Assembly: GCA_938085445.1 (NCBI GenBank) | Contig: CALKGR010000001.1 | Location: forward strand, 96,001 to 160,000 | Reading direction: 5' to 3' | Source of the DNA: an uncultured Rubripirellula sp. | GTDB taxonomy: Bacteria; Planctomycetota; Planctomycetia; Pirellulales; Pirellulaceae | Length of the DNA: 64,000 bases | Part shown: positions 1 to 9,457 of the stretch, one piece after another | How the letters are laid out: every line of letters begins with the position of its first letter | Numbering within the stretch: the first letter of the stretch is position 1 | Position numbers and translations under genes: made by a program | Notes under the pieces: model-generated | What the model saw: only the letters and a program-made list of their open reading frames with translations | Database searches by the model: none | Told to the model about the DNA's origin: nothing

Positions 1-1
1 G

Positions 2-1207
2 ACCAAGTATGACGAAACCAACGAGATGTATGCTCGCATGATGAATGTCAGCAAACGACTTTGTGAAGCGGAGGAAGCGGGCGCAGATGCCGGCGAACTT
101 TCCGTAATCAGAGATCATCTGTATCGCGGGCAATGCAATTGCCCGTACTGGCATGGTGCCTTTGGAGGTATTTATCTGCCACATTTGCGCAATGCGATTT
201 TCAAACACTTGATCCAAGCTGATACGCAGCTCGATCAAGTCATGAACTCGGAACTGGCAGCCGTTCAAGCAACCGCCGAGGACTACAACTTTGACGGTCT
301 GCAGGAAATTCGACTTAGCAACAACCAACTATGTGCATGGTTAGCGCCAGCACATGGAGGTCGATTGTACGAACTTGATATCCGCACAATCGGACATAAC
401 CTGTTGGCCACACTGCAACGGCGGCCCGAGAATTATCACCAAAAAGTTCTTAATGGACCGAGCAACAGCGATGAAGATGTTGCCAGCATTCATGATCGGG
501 TGGTGTTCAAACAAGAAGATCTTGATCAGCGACTGCACTATGACGCGTATCCCAGAAAAAGCTTGATGGACCATTTTTATGATGATGAGGCAACACTTGA
601 TTTGGTTGCCAATGGTCAGGCCATGGAGCGAGGGGATTTTGTTGACCTTCCTTATGAAACCAAGCTTCGCCGTGGATCTGATCGTGTGCAAGTTCAAATG
701 CGTCGTGACGGAAATGCGTGGGGGATCCCCATCACCATCACTAAAGCTGTCACGATGGCCGCTGAAAGCAATCGTCTGCGACTCACCTATTTGCTTGAGA
801 ACTTGCCTCCGGAAAAGCCATTGCACTTTGCCATCGAAATGAATTTTGCCGGAATGCCTGCAGGTGCCGACGATCGATATTTCAGCGATATCGAAGGTCA
901 TAGCCTTGGCCAACTCGGGACCCAACTTGACTTGTCAGAAGTCCATGGGATCAGTCTTTCAGATCGTTGGTTGGGTATAGATGTTGCCTTGGCGATAGAC
1001 CGACCGAGTGGGATTTGGGCATTTCCAGTGGAAACAGTCAGTCAAAGTGAAGCCGGATTCGAACTGGTGCATCAAAGTGTATGCGTCCAACCTCATTGGC
1101 TTGTTAGCGGAGATGCTGAAGGCCGTTGGGCCGTCGAGATCGATATGACGACCGCCTGCGAGGAGCAGATGGAAACAATTTCGGAAAAAGATGTCATCCG
1201 TTTGTAA
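2..1207 (+). CDS. GH57-family 4-alpha-glucanotransferase/alpha-amylase, C-terminal part (5'-truncated by window edge)
   Basis: Frame is open from base 2. Motif QCNCPYWHGAFGGIYLPHLR and C-terminal ETVSQSEAGFE..HQS match GH57 glucanotransferase C-terminal domains. Confidence 0.85.
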   Translation, partial: TKYDETNEMYARMMNVSKRLCEAEEAGADAGELSVIRDHLYRGQCNCPYWHGAFGGIYLPHLRNAIFKHLIQADTQLDQVMNSELAAVQATAEDYNFDGLQEIRLSNNQLCAWLAPAHGGRLYELDIRTIGHNLLATLQRRPENYHQKVLNGPSNSDEDVASIHDRVVFKQEDLDQRLHYDAYPRKSLMDHFYDDEATLDLVANGQAMERGDFVDLPYETKLRRGSDRVQVQMRRDGNAWGIPITITKAVTMAAESNRLRLTYLLENLPPEKPLHFAIEMNFAGMPAGADDRYFSDIEGHSLGQLGTQLDLSEVHGISLSDRWLGIDVALAIDRPSGIWAFPVETVSQSEAGFELVHQSVCVQPHWLVSGDAEGRWAVEIDMTTACEEQMETISEKDVIRL

Positions 1208-1269
1208 ACACAGACGAGATCTGCCGGTCATGCTTGCACTGTTCCCGTCGGATCGACCTGCCGCCCTGA

Positions 1270-1995
1270 TTAAGACAGACGCTTGGGCACGGGGAACTCA
1301 AGCACAAACTTGGTGCCCCGCCCGACTTCACTTTGGACGCTGATGCGCCCACCATGTGCTTCAATGATTTTTCGGGCTGTCGGCAGGCCCAGTCCAGAGC
1401 CTCCATCTTTGGTGCTGTAAAACGGCTCGAACATGTGCAGCACCGTGTTGTCATCGACACCACTGCCAGTGTCGATAAGATCCAATGCGACGCTTTTACG
1501 GGTGGTGTAGGTTCGCACCATCAGTTGGCCCCCCGACCCCATCGACTCTAACGCATTCTTAACCAGATTCATCAAGGCTGCTTGCAAAGAATCGCTGTGT
1601 AAGAGAATCGCGGGCAAATCTGGGTCAAGGTACTTCTCAACGTCAATTCCATCGGCATCAGCTTGAGCCTGATAGGCTCGCAAAACCATCAAAATCTGGT
1701 CGTTCAGGCTGCCCGGAAGCAAATCGATATCGCGTAGGCGAGTGTATTTGAGGAAATCACGCAAAAGCCCCTCCATACGCTCGCACTGGCCACGGACAAT
1801 GTCGACCCGCTCCAGAGACCGTCGACTGCCTGGTGAATCCAATTCCTCCAAATCCTCACTAAGCAGGTCGATATTCATGTGAATCACAGACAGCGGATTC
1901 TTGATCTCATGTGCAAGCGATCCGGCTAATTCCGCCAATTCCTCATATCGAGCCCGCATGGGATCTACTTCAGGCTCGTTTTCGGCACTGGACAT
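1270..1995 (-). CDS. Histidine kinase, HisKA + HATPase only (no sensor domain)
   Basis: H-box LAHEIKNPL, N-box NLVKNA, G1 DTGSG, F-box FEPFYSTK, G2 GSGLGL; 241 aa with no TM segment. Confidence 0.92.
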   Translation of the reverse strand: MSSAENEPEVDPMRARYEELAELAGSLAHEIKNPLSVIHMNIDLLSEDLEELDSPGSRRSLERVDIVRGQCERMEGLLRDFLKYTRLRDIDLLPGSLNDQILMVLRAYQAQADADGIDVEKYLDPDLPAILLHSDSLQAALMNLVKNALESMGSGGQLMVRTYTTRKSVALDLIDTGSGVDDNTVLHMFEPFYSTKDGGSGLGLPTARKIIEAHGGRISVQSEVGRGTKFVLEFPVPKRLS

Positions 1996-2484
1996 TTGGA
2001 CTCGATGACAATGAATACTGAAGGACAGCCACCAATTGTAGCGACCACAGTGCCGAGGGAAATGATGTTCGTCGTCTGCTACTACGAAGATTTTCCCAGA
2101 TCTGCTCCACCCTGAATAACCGCGTTGAATACTTCACCCACGGAAACGCGAATCACTGCATTACAAGCTGAGCATCCGAATCTGAACCAGTAATTCAGTA
2201 AAGACGCCCCTCCAATTTCGGTAACTCAATCACAAATTGACCCTCATTCTCCGCATTCGACTTACTTCGATCCAGCACCCACATATCTCGCCCTCTGGCA
2301 GAGCGCCCCTTGAAGTTTCTCGGCCAATCCTCTAGCCACCGTGGAATTGACCTCGCGCAGCGTGGGAAGGCATTTTTGCATGGTCACAGGTTTTTGCAGC
2401 ATTACGCCACCTTGCCGAGCCACATCGTTCAACCGTAATCTGGAATACTCTGCTTATTTCCTTCATCTCCCCTGCCAGACCAAC

Positions 2485-3747
2485 ATGTCCACCGCAAGCA
2501 AAGATAATTCTACGACTGCCGATCCTTATTTTCAGTCTCTTTTTGCCGACCGAATCGGCGGTGCAAATTACGGCAAAGACACCGAAATCTACAAGTTCGA
2601 AAAAATTAAACGCGCCAAGCGTAAAGCACTGACCGACCATCCGGATCGTGTGCTGCTGGACTTTGGCATTGGTGAAAATGATGCTATGGCAGACAAATCC
2701 ATTCGGGATTTGATGGCACAGGAAGTCAATCAGCCAGAAAATCGCGGCTACGCTGACAACGGTGTTGCAGAATTCAAACAGGCAGCGGCACGTTTCATGA
2801 AACGCCGCTTCGGTGTGCAGCTTGATGCAGACACCCAAATCAACCACTGCATCGGAAGCAAGCCAGCCTATGCGATGCTTCCTGCATGCTTCATCAACCC
2901 AGGTGACATGACGCTCATCACGGTGCCCGGTTACCCCGTCGCGGCCACTCACACCCGTTATTATGGTGGCGAAGTCTTTAATCTGCCGCTACAAGCTGAA
3001 AATAACTTCATGCCAGACTTGGATGCTGTGCCCGACGACATCTATCGAAGAGCAAAAATTCTGGTCCTCAATTATCCAAACTCACCTACCGGAAAAACGG
3101 CAACAGCGGACTTTTATGCCAAGGTTGTTGCTCTCGCTAAAGAAAAGCAGTTTGTCGTGGTGCAAGATGCGGCTCACATCATGCTGACGTTCGATGGGGA
3201 ACCACTTAGCTTCCTTCAAACGCCGGGTGCCATCGATGTTGGGGTCGAAGTTCACTCAATGAGCAAGGGCTATGACATGATCGGTTGGAGGATGGGCTTT
3301 GTTTGTGGTCATCCCAAAATCGTTTCTGCATTTGCGGATGTCAAAGACAATAGTGATAGCGGGCAATTTATTGCGACCCAGAAAGCAGCCGCAGCAGCTT
3401 TGGACGATGATTCGATACCTGATCAGGTTAATAAAAAGTATCGTCGCAGACTCGAAAAACTCGTAAATACGCTCAATGAATGTGGTTTCGAATGCGAAGT
3501 ACCTGGTGGTACCTACTTCTTATATGCTAAATCACCTGTGGGAAGTCAGGCCGGAAAATCGTTCGCTGCTGCAGAAGATGCAACGCGGTACCTGATAGAA
3601 GAATTCGGTATCGTAACCGTTCCGTGGGACAATGCAGGTGCATTCCTGCGTTTTAGTGTCACCTATGTCGCACCCACGGAAGCCGATGAAGATGCCCTTA
3701 TGGAAGAGACGAAACGTCGCCTCGGAGATGCCGGCTTGACTTGGTAG
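2485..3747 (+). CDS. dapL: PLP-dependent class I/II aminotransferase, LL-diaminopimelate aminotransferase-like
   Basis: NYPNSPTG, QDAAH and SMSKGYDMIGWRMG (PLP Lys) motifs. Start placed at ATG 2485; the ORF track extends to GTG 2341. Confidence 0.75.
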   Translation: MSTASKDNSTTADPYFQSLFADRIGGANYGKDTEIYKFEKIKRAKRKALTDHPDRVLLDFGIGENDAMADKSIRDLMAQEVNQPENRGYADNGVAEFKQAAARFMKRRFGVQLDADTQINHCIGSKPAYAMLPACFINPGDMTLITVPGYPVAATHTRYYGGEVFNLPLQAENNFMPDLDAVPDDIYRRAKILVLNYPNSPTGKTATADFYAKVVALAKEKQFVVVQDAAHIMLTFDGEPLSFLQTPGAIDVGVEVHSMSKGYDMIGWRMGFVCGHPKIVSAFADVKDNSDSGQFIATQKAAAAALDDDSIPDQVNKKYRRRLEKLVNTLNECGFECEVPGGTYFLYAKSPVGSQAGKSFAAAEDATRYLIEEFGIVTVPWDNAGAFLRFSVTYVAPTEADEDALMEETKRRLGDAGLTW

Positions 3748-3832
3748 CACCAGTGCAATGTGATGAGTCGTGTGATGTGATTACGCCACACGATTTGTGG
3801 CTGCACTGCTGCAAACTGATGTTTCTATCTCT

Positions 3833-3856
3833 GCTTGTCGAGCCGCTTGTCGAGCC
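3833..3856. repeat. Tandem 12-bp direct repeat (GCTTGTCGAGCC x2)
   Basis: Two exact adjacent copies in the dapL-rpsT convergent intergenic region. Confidence 0.8.
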
Positions 3857-3893
3857 AAAGAGAGGATCTGAATAGTGAAGCAGAAGCCCAAAT

Positions 3894-3927
3894 AAAAAAG
3901 CCGCTCGTAAGTCTACGAGCGGCTTTT
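3894..3927. terminator. Intrinsic terminator, probably bidirectional (rpsT and dapL)
   Basis: AAAAGCCGCTCGTA-agtc-TACGAGCGGCTTTT is a perfect stem with A/T runs on both sides, between convergent genes. Confidence 0.9.
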
Positions 3928-3955
3928 AAAATTTGATGAGCTTGGAAGCAGTGTG

Positions 3956-4219
3956 CTAGCCGACACTCTTCACCATTGCGACCAGCCGACTCTTGGTTCG
4001 AGCTGCTGCATTGCGATGAATCAGATTCTTACTGGCTGCACGGTCAATTTTCTTTTGTGCAACGATGTACTCTGCCTGTGCCAAGTCACTGTTTCCTGCC
4101 TCCACAGCCTCTCGCACACGGCGAATCTGAGTTCGCATGTTGCTTTTTCCGGCTCGGTTGTGCGTCCGACGCTTGTCGTTCTGGCGAAGTCGTTTCTTGG
4201 CGCTGGCTGTATTAGGCAT
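3956..4219 (-). CDS. rpsT: 30S ribosomal protein S20
   Basis: MPNTASAKKRLRQN...IHRNAAARTKSRL, 87 aa. Confidence 0.98.
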   Translation of the reverse strand: MPNTASAKKRLRQNDKRRTHNRAGKSNMRTQIRRVREAVEAGNSDLAQAEYIVAQKKIDRAASKNLIHRNAAARTKSRLVAMVKSVG

Positions 4220-4347
4220 AATTCGGGCGGACGCGGATCAGGCGTCGAAGACAGGGTTGGGGGTATGTCAGGTTTTTCAGGCCGCGTAGTATGGCAATCT
4301 ATCAGTCATCTGTCCAGAGTCGATCTGCAAAGCGCACAATGCTATTT

Positions 4348-5844
4348 ATGAATGGCGCCGTTTACCTAATCGGAGCAGGCCCGGGAGACCCCGGCCTGCT
4401 AACCGTCCGAGCAGCTGAGTTGTTAGCCTTGGCTGACGTGGTCTTATATGACGGACTCAGCAACCCGGAACTGCTGCAGCATGCTCCCCAAGCGGAACAC
4501 ATTTGTGTCGGAAAACACGGAAAAACCCGCATTTGGAAGCAAAGCGAGATCATTCAAGAGATTCTCGGGCATGCAAAAGCTGGCAAAATCGTGGTTCGGC
4601 TCAAAGGTGGTGATCCAGCAATATTCGCTCGCACAGCCGAAGAAGTCGAAGCGGTAAAAGCTGCTGGCCTGCCACTGGAGATCGTCCCAGGCATCACAGC
4701 AGCCTTGGCAGCTGGCTCATTTGCAGGAATTCCCGTCACCCACCGAGGCCTTGCCTCAGCCGTCGCCCTGGTCACAGGCCATGAAGAACCCTCAAAAACC
4801 GAAACGGCTTTAGATTGGGAGGTTTTGGCAAAATTCCCGGGCACTCTAGTAATTTACATGGGAGTCACCACGGCTGAAACTTGGACACAAGCACTCTTGC
4901 GGGCTGGAAAAGCAGCAGATACTCCAGCAGCGTTAATCAGACGCTGCAGCCTTCCCGATCAGCAAATCATTCACTGCCGATTGGACCAAGTCGCTGCTCA
5001 ACTGAGTCCTGCCAGTCGCTTCCGACCACCCGTGATCGTGATTCTCGGCCCAGTAACACAATTGGCAGAAACCATGAACTGGATTCAGGATCGTCCACTG
5101 GCGGGCCGAACAATCCTCGTCACGCGTCCTCAAGGTCAAGCTGAAGCACTGGCCAAACCACTGCGAGATCTAGGCGCTCGAGTACTGCAGCAGCCCGCCA
5201 TCGCAATCGAACCACCAAAGGACTGGGAACCAGTCGATTCGGCCATCGCCAAGTTGAGCGAATATGACCTGTTGATTTTCTGCAGCCATAATGGAGTTCA
5301 GTTTTTTCTCAACCGCCTCAAAAAAGGCGGAGGTGATATGCGAGCGTTAGCAGGGTTGGAGATTGGCTGCATAGGAAAAAAAACAGCTACGGCACTTCAG
5401 AAATTTCATCTCCAGTGTGATTTTATGCCCGACACATTCCACGCTGAAGCGATGACAAATCTGCTTGCCTCACACGCCAATGAAAAACGCATCTTGGTGA
5501 TCCGGGCAAGTCGTGGCAATGATGAGTTTGCCACACAATTGACAGCGATGGGTGGCCATGTAACGCAAGTGATTGCGTATCAACACAGCGACGTTAATGA
5601 GTGCGACGCGAGTATCAAAAAAGCCGTGTCCAATGGGGAAGTTGATTGGGTCACCATCACAAGCAGTGCCACCGCGGAAAGTTTGCACCGTATGTTTTCC
5701 GACTCCATGAACGACATGAAAATTGCCAGCCTCAGTCCCGTTACCTCAAAGAAAATCGGCGAACTTGGCTACCCAATTAATGCAGAAGCGAGTCCCTACA
5801 CCATCGAAGCATTAGTCGAAGCATTAGTGAAAGCAGAACAATGA
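4348..5844 (+). CDS. cobA-hemD: Fused uroporphyrinogen-III C-methyltransferase / uroporphyrinogen-III synthase
   Basis: N-half VYLIGAGPGDPGLLT, RLKGGDP, VPGITA; C-half ILVTRP..Q and ITSSAT (HemD). Start could lie at 4291-4348. Confidence 0.92.
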   Translation: MNGAVYLIGAGPGDPGLLTVRAAELLALADVVLYDGLSNPELLQHAPQAEHICVGKHGKTRIWKQSEIIQEILGHAKAGKIVVRLKGGDPAIFARTAEEVEAVKAAGLPLEIVPGITAALAAGSFAGIPVTHRGLASAVALVTGHEEPSKTETALDWEVLAKFPGTLVIYMGVTTAETWTQALLRAGKAADTPAALIRRCSLPDQQIIHCRLDQVAAQLSPASRFRPPVIVILGPVTQLAETMNWIQDRPLAGRTILVTRPQGQAEALAKPLRDLGARVLQQPAIAIEPPKDWEPVDSAIAKLSEYDLLIFCSHNGVQFFLNRLKKGGGDMRALAGLEIGCIGKKTATALQKFHLQCDFMPDTFHAEAMTNLLASHANEKRILVIRASRGNDEFATQLTAMGGHVTQVIAYQHSDVNECDASIKKAVSNGEVDWVTITSSATAESLHRMFSDSMNDMKIASLSPVTSKKIGELGYPINAEASPYTIEALVEALVKAEQ

Positions 5845-6158
5845 TTCCAAAACGTTATCAACAGATGCATCAGTCGCATCCTGAACTGATGGAGGCATAC
5901 GAATCCTTTGGAAAAGCAGCCAAGGATGCGGGCCCGCTCTCCGCAAGAGAAATCGCACTCGTAAAACTGGCCGTCTCCTTGGGTGCGGGCTTGGAAGGAG
6001 CGTCTCACTCCCACTCCCGCAAAGCGTTGGAAGCAGGATGCCAACCAGAAGACCTAACGCATGTTGCTATCCTCACTGCACCCACCCTTGGCTTTCCTTC
6101 CATGATGCGATCAAAGTCGTGGGTTGAGTCGATCGTTTCTAAAAAGTCCGATCGTTAG
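5841..6158 (+). CDS. Carboxymuconolactone decarboxylase (AhpD-like) family protein
   Basis: GPLSAREIALVKLAV...H.RKALEAG pattern; ATGA overlap with the cobA-hemD stop. Confidence 0.85.
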   Translation: MIPKRYQQMHQSHPELMEAYESFGKAAKDAGPLSAREIALVKLAVSLGAGLEGASHSHSRKALEAGCQPEDLTHVAILTAPTLGFPSMMRSKSWVESIVSKKSDR

Positions 6159-6165
6159 CATCACC

Positions 6166-6738
6166 ATGCATTCTATTCTGGGTGTCGTTTTGTGCGGCGG
6201 AAATTCGACTCGCATGGGACGCGACAAATCGACAATCCACCATCAGAATGGCCTGACATTCCTTGAACACGCCGTCGAAAGGCTAGGTCCCATCTGCGAT
6301 GAGGTCTGCCTTGCCGGCAAATCGAATTCCGTGGCGGATCTAGTCGCATTGCCTGATCCCTTCCCAAATCAAGGCCCTATCTTTGGCGTGCTGCAGGCCC
6401 TCGACTATGCAAATGACCACACGACCGGAAAAACCAAACATCAGGCATGCTTGATCACACCTGTGGATATGCCACATGTCACCACGGATGATCTGCGCAA
6501 ACTAATACTCAGCTGGCAAATCAAAAACAGCCTGACTTATGCGATCAGTGGGCCAAAATGCAAACCGCAACCATTGCTGGGGATCTACCCCGTTCACTTC
6601 TTGGAGGCGCTTACGGTACACGCAAAAACGGACTCCAGCCTGACCCGTTGGATCGAAAAACAGGATGCAACTCAAATCGAATTGGATGAGGCACATTGCC
6701 TAAACATCAATCGCCCCGACGACCTGGCCGAAATCTAA
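6166..6738 (+). CDS. mobA: Molybdenum cofactor guanylyltransferase
   Basis: VLCGGNSTRMGRDK, QGPIFG, PVDMP and NINRPDDL motifs. Confidence 0.9.
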   Translation: MHSILGVVLCGGNSTRMGRDKSTIHHQNGLTFLEHAVERLGPICDEVCLAGKSNSVADLVALPDPFPNQGPIFGVLQALDYANDHTTGKTKHQACLITPVDMPHVTTDDLRKLILSWQIKNSLTYAISGPKCKPQPLLGIYPVHFLEALTVHAKTDSSLTRWIEKQDATQIELDEAHCLNINRPDDLAEI

Positions 6739-6751
6739 AGAGCGGTCTCCT

Positions 6752-7174
6752 TCACTGCGTGTACTCTCGACGCATACACGTTTCAGCGACGATTTCATTG
6801 CCTGCGAAATTGAAGTATCCCGGGACCCAGCTCACTGAATTGATCCCAACGCGGACTCGAACAGTAACCGTGGCACCGGGTTCAGTCGATTCGAGTGAAG
6901 CTGGCTCGGTTTCAATAACCGACTCGTCTATGTCCAGTATCATCAGTTCATCGCGTATCCGCTGTGTTACATCTGCAATGTCGGCATTTGGCCGAACAGC
7001 TACACGTGCGCCTTCCCGCGTTGCATGGGTCAAGGTCTGCTTAACAAGCATCAACCGTCCAACTTCAATCAGGCCGAAGGTAAACAGAATCATCAAAGGT
7101 GCAATCATCGCAAACTCGACGGCTGAAGTCCCACGCCTTCCAAGAAAAAAACGTCTAACCAATAATTTTTTCAT
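6752..7174 (-). CDS. tadE: TadE-like Flp pseudopilin
   Basis: RRG|TSAVEFAMIAPL prepilin motif, TM segment and ATREGAR. GAGGAG SD precedes ATG 7174. Confidence 0.88.
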   Translation of the reverse strand: MKKLLVRRFFLGRRGTSAVEFAMIAPLMILFTFGLIEVGRLMLVKQTLTHATREGARVAVRPNADIADVTQRIRDELMILDIDESVIETEPASLESTEPGATVTVRVRVGINSVSWVPGYFNFAGNEIVAETCMRREYTQ

Positions 7175-7210
7175 CGTGGAACTCCTCATTCATAACACTC
7201 GATATCGGGA

Positions 7211-8377
7211 CTATTCAACAAGCATTACTGGTGTGAACAAATGACTTGTTGTGTGAGTACCTGACCAATCAACTTTGATACCTCGTCCAATCACCTTTGC
7301 GGGTTGCACGACGACTCGTTTCTGACTTTTCTTTCCAGTCAGCTTTACGTCCAGAATTCGAACACCCTCAAACTTCACGATTGTGAAGGTTGCATTATTC
7401 CCTTGACCAGAAACCTCAGTGAAAATCGGAACGATCCGCTTCTTACCAATCAATGCTGCCAATTCATCTTTGATCCCCGCACTGATCCCTGTATCACCAT
7501 TGAGATGCAACTCTCCGTTTACGTCAAACAGGAGAGGTTTTCCCAAGTCAACGAAGTCTTGGCGAGAAATTCCGTGCAATATCTGTCGTGATAAATCACT
7601 TGTGCTGTTATTTGAGTCTCCAATATCCACCGTTCCGCGATTACCGGGTGCCCCGGTGCCCTTGGGGTAAAGATCGGTCTCGAACACACCATCACTTCCA
7701 CTCACGACCTGCCCGTCTTTCATTTGGTAATTGTCCACTGTGCTAGCAGCAACGGCTGCCTCCCAGCTTTCAAGATCGAGGGCAATCGGTAAAATCCCCC
7801 TCGTTTCGAAAACACTGGGTGGTTCAATGAACCCATCAACTGAATTGAGCATCGCTGCGACAGCAGTCGCTTGCATCGCCTGACTTCCACGACCTGTCAG
7901 GGCTGCAAATAGAAGGGGTAATTCTGAGTTCGCACCTGCACCTCGGTGTAAGGTCACGCGAACTGCGTTGGCCTGACTAATGCTGGAATCGATCCACCCA
8001 TCTACAGGATGGTAATTCCCAAGCTCCACATCGTCGTGTCTCAGCAACGGTGAGATATCGCCCACAACATTCTTGGAAGCAATGACATTCGCGGAATTGA
8101 CAACAAGCATCGGTAAGGTGGAATCCAACTCCTCGCCTGTGTCCTGTTGTACAAACACCTCCCAACAACCAGCCATGGCGGCGGCATCTGCCGACCTCCT
8201 CAACTGAGTTTCGGCAACATGGATGTAACCAAAGTCGATCGTGATTGCTGTGAGTGTCGCCAACGCTACCAACAGAAAAATCCCCAGAATCGCGGCTGCC
8301 CCGCGATGCAATCTCTGTGTTGGTAGACGCAACAACCCACCCCAGAACACACCCCTTTGCGACTTACATTTCGACAT
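7211..8377 (-). CDS. tadG: TadG-like pilus assembly protein
   Basis: RG|AAAILG hydrophobic N-terminus, IDFG, QLRRSADAAAMAG. Confidence 0.8.
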   Translation of the reverse strand: MSKCKSQRGVFWGGLLRLPTQRLHRGAAAILGIFLLVALATLTAITIDFGYIHVAETQLRRSADAAAMAGCWEVFVQQDTGEELDSTLPMLVVNSANVIASKNVVGDISPLLRHDDVELGNYHPVDGWIDSSISQANAVRVTLHRGAGANSELPLLFAALTGRGSQAMQATAVAAMLNSVDGFIEPPSVFETRGILPIALDLESWEAAVAASTVDNYQMKDGQVVSGSDGVFETDLYPKGTGAPGNRGTVDIGDSNNSTSDLSRQILHGISRQDFVDLGKPLLFDVNGELHLNGDTGISAGIKDELAALIGKKRIVPIFTEVSGQGNNATFTIVKFEGVRILDVKLTGKKSQKRVVVQPAKVIGRGIKVDWSGTHTTSHLFTPVMLVE

Positions 8378-8434
8378 AGCGTATACTCCGAACGAATATG
8401 GGAACGCGAAGCAAGAACAGTCGAGTTCTAGGAT

Positions 8435-9133
8435 CTAAAGGCTCTGATCCACGACGGTAACTGCGACATGTCCATTCGTATAAAACAGTCGCACCACCTT
8501 AAGCGTGACTCGAGAAACCCGATTTTTCCCGAAACCGATGTCCACAGCATCCATGCTTTGCTGGTATCGATATTGGGACAGATCTTTGACCGGACTGGGT
8601 ACCATCTGCACTAAATAATCAGGACCGCCAAAGCTGCTCCATTCACGACCGTATCCATCACGGACAGCAAACATCGCTCGATTGTCGATCACCGCCATGA
8701 CGCTGGTCCAACGAATCACATCATTGCTGATCGCCAGATTTTTCCTCGTTTTACTGCGAGCGTCATCCACGATTTGGTCATCATTCACTGCTGCAACGTG
8801 GAACCCACCGCTGGAATAATGATCAGCCGCGTGATAATTCAATTGCAGCTGGAAGTAAGTTCCCTCCGAATAGTGACTTGGAGAGGTAAAAAAAGTGACC
8901 TGAGGAGAATTGTTTGAGGGATCGGGTTCGTTAACCACCAACTCCCAGTCCTCTTCGACTTTGTAGACGGTTGGCTCTTCTGCCAACAAGACTTTTTCCT
9001 GTAGGTCTCCGCACAGCCCCAATGCACTCCCAAACAAGATCGCACCAATCAATGCGAAACTCGGTGGGCGCAGCACCAAACGAACGCGATACATCATCGG
9101 AACACTCCCAAACAAATGTGACTTGAAGGTCAC
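8435..9133 (-). CDS. Hypothetical exported protein, first gene of the tad-like trio
   Basis: 232-aa ORF with an N-terminal hydrophobic segment, co-oriented with tadG/tadE; start uncertain. Confidence 0.7.
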   Translation of the reverse strand: MTFKSHLFGSVPMMYRVRLVLRPPSFALIGAILFGSALGLCGDLQEKVLLAEEPTVYKVEEDWELVVNEPDPSNNSPQVTFFTSPSHYSEGTYFQLQLNYHAADHYSSGGFHVAAVNDDQIVDDARSKTRKNLAISNDVIRWTSVMAVIDNRAMFAVRDGYGREWSSFGGPDYLVQMVPSPVKDLSQYRYQQSMDAVDIGFGKNRVSRVTLKVVRLFYTNGHVAVTVVDQSL

Positions 9134-9457
9134 TTCTTCACATCAACCGTTCGGTGGTCTGGCGATCCGTTAACAAACGGACCCATGACTTTGCGTCCCA
9201 CACTTACATGTGGTTTGCCTTTATCGTGGAAAATAAAGTGGGTAGCGGGAGAACATGAAAAAGTTGACTAGGCTTTCTAAACCTTACGCCAACTTTACCA
9301 CCGGGGGGTGACTATCCTCCATAATCAGTATTCCAGTCAGGGGACAAATTCGCATTGTGCTTAATGCAACGCTTGTACCGATTGGCAGTATTCCTTAAGT
9401 TCCGCATCGCCAATGTTTAATCCTGTCGCATTCCCGACCAGACCGAACGCCCTAGCC

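Noticed and set aside
9134..9457. Moco riboswitch upstream of moeA
   Set aside because: I could not identify the conserved motif elements; an Infernal scan would be needed.
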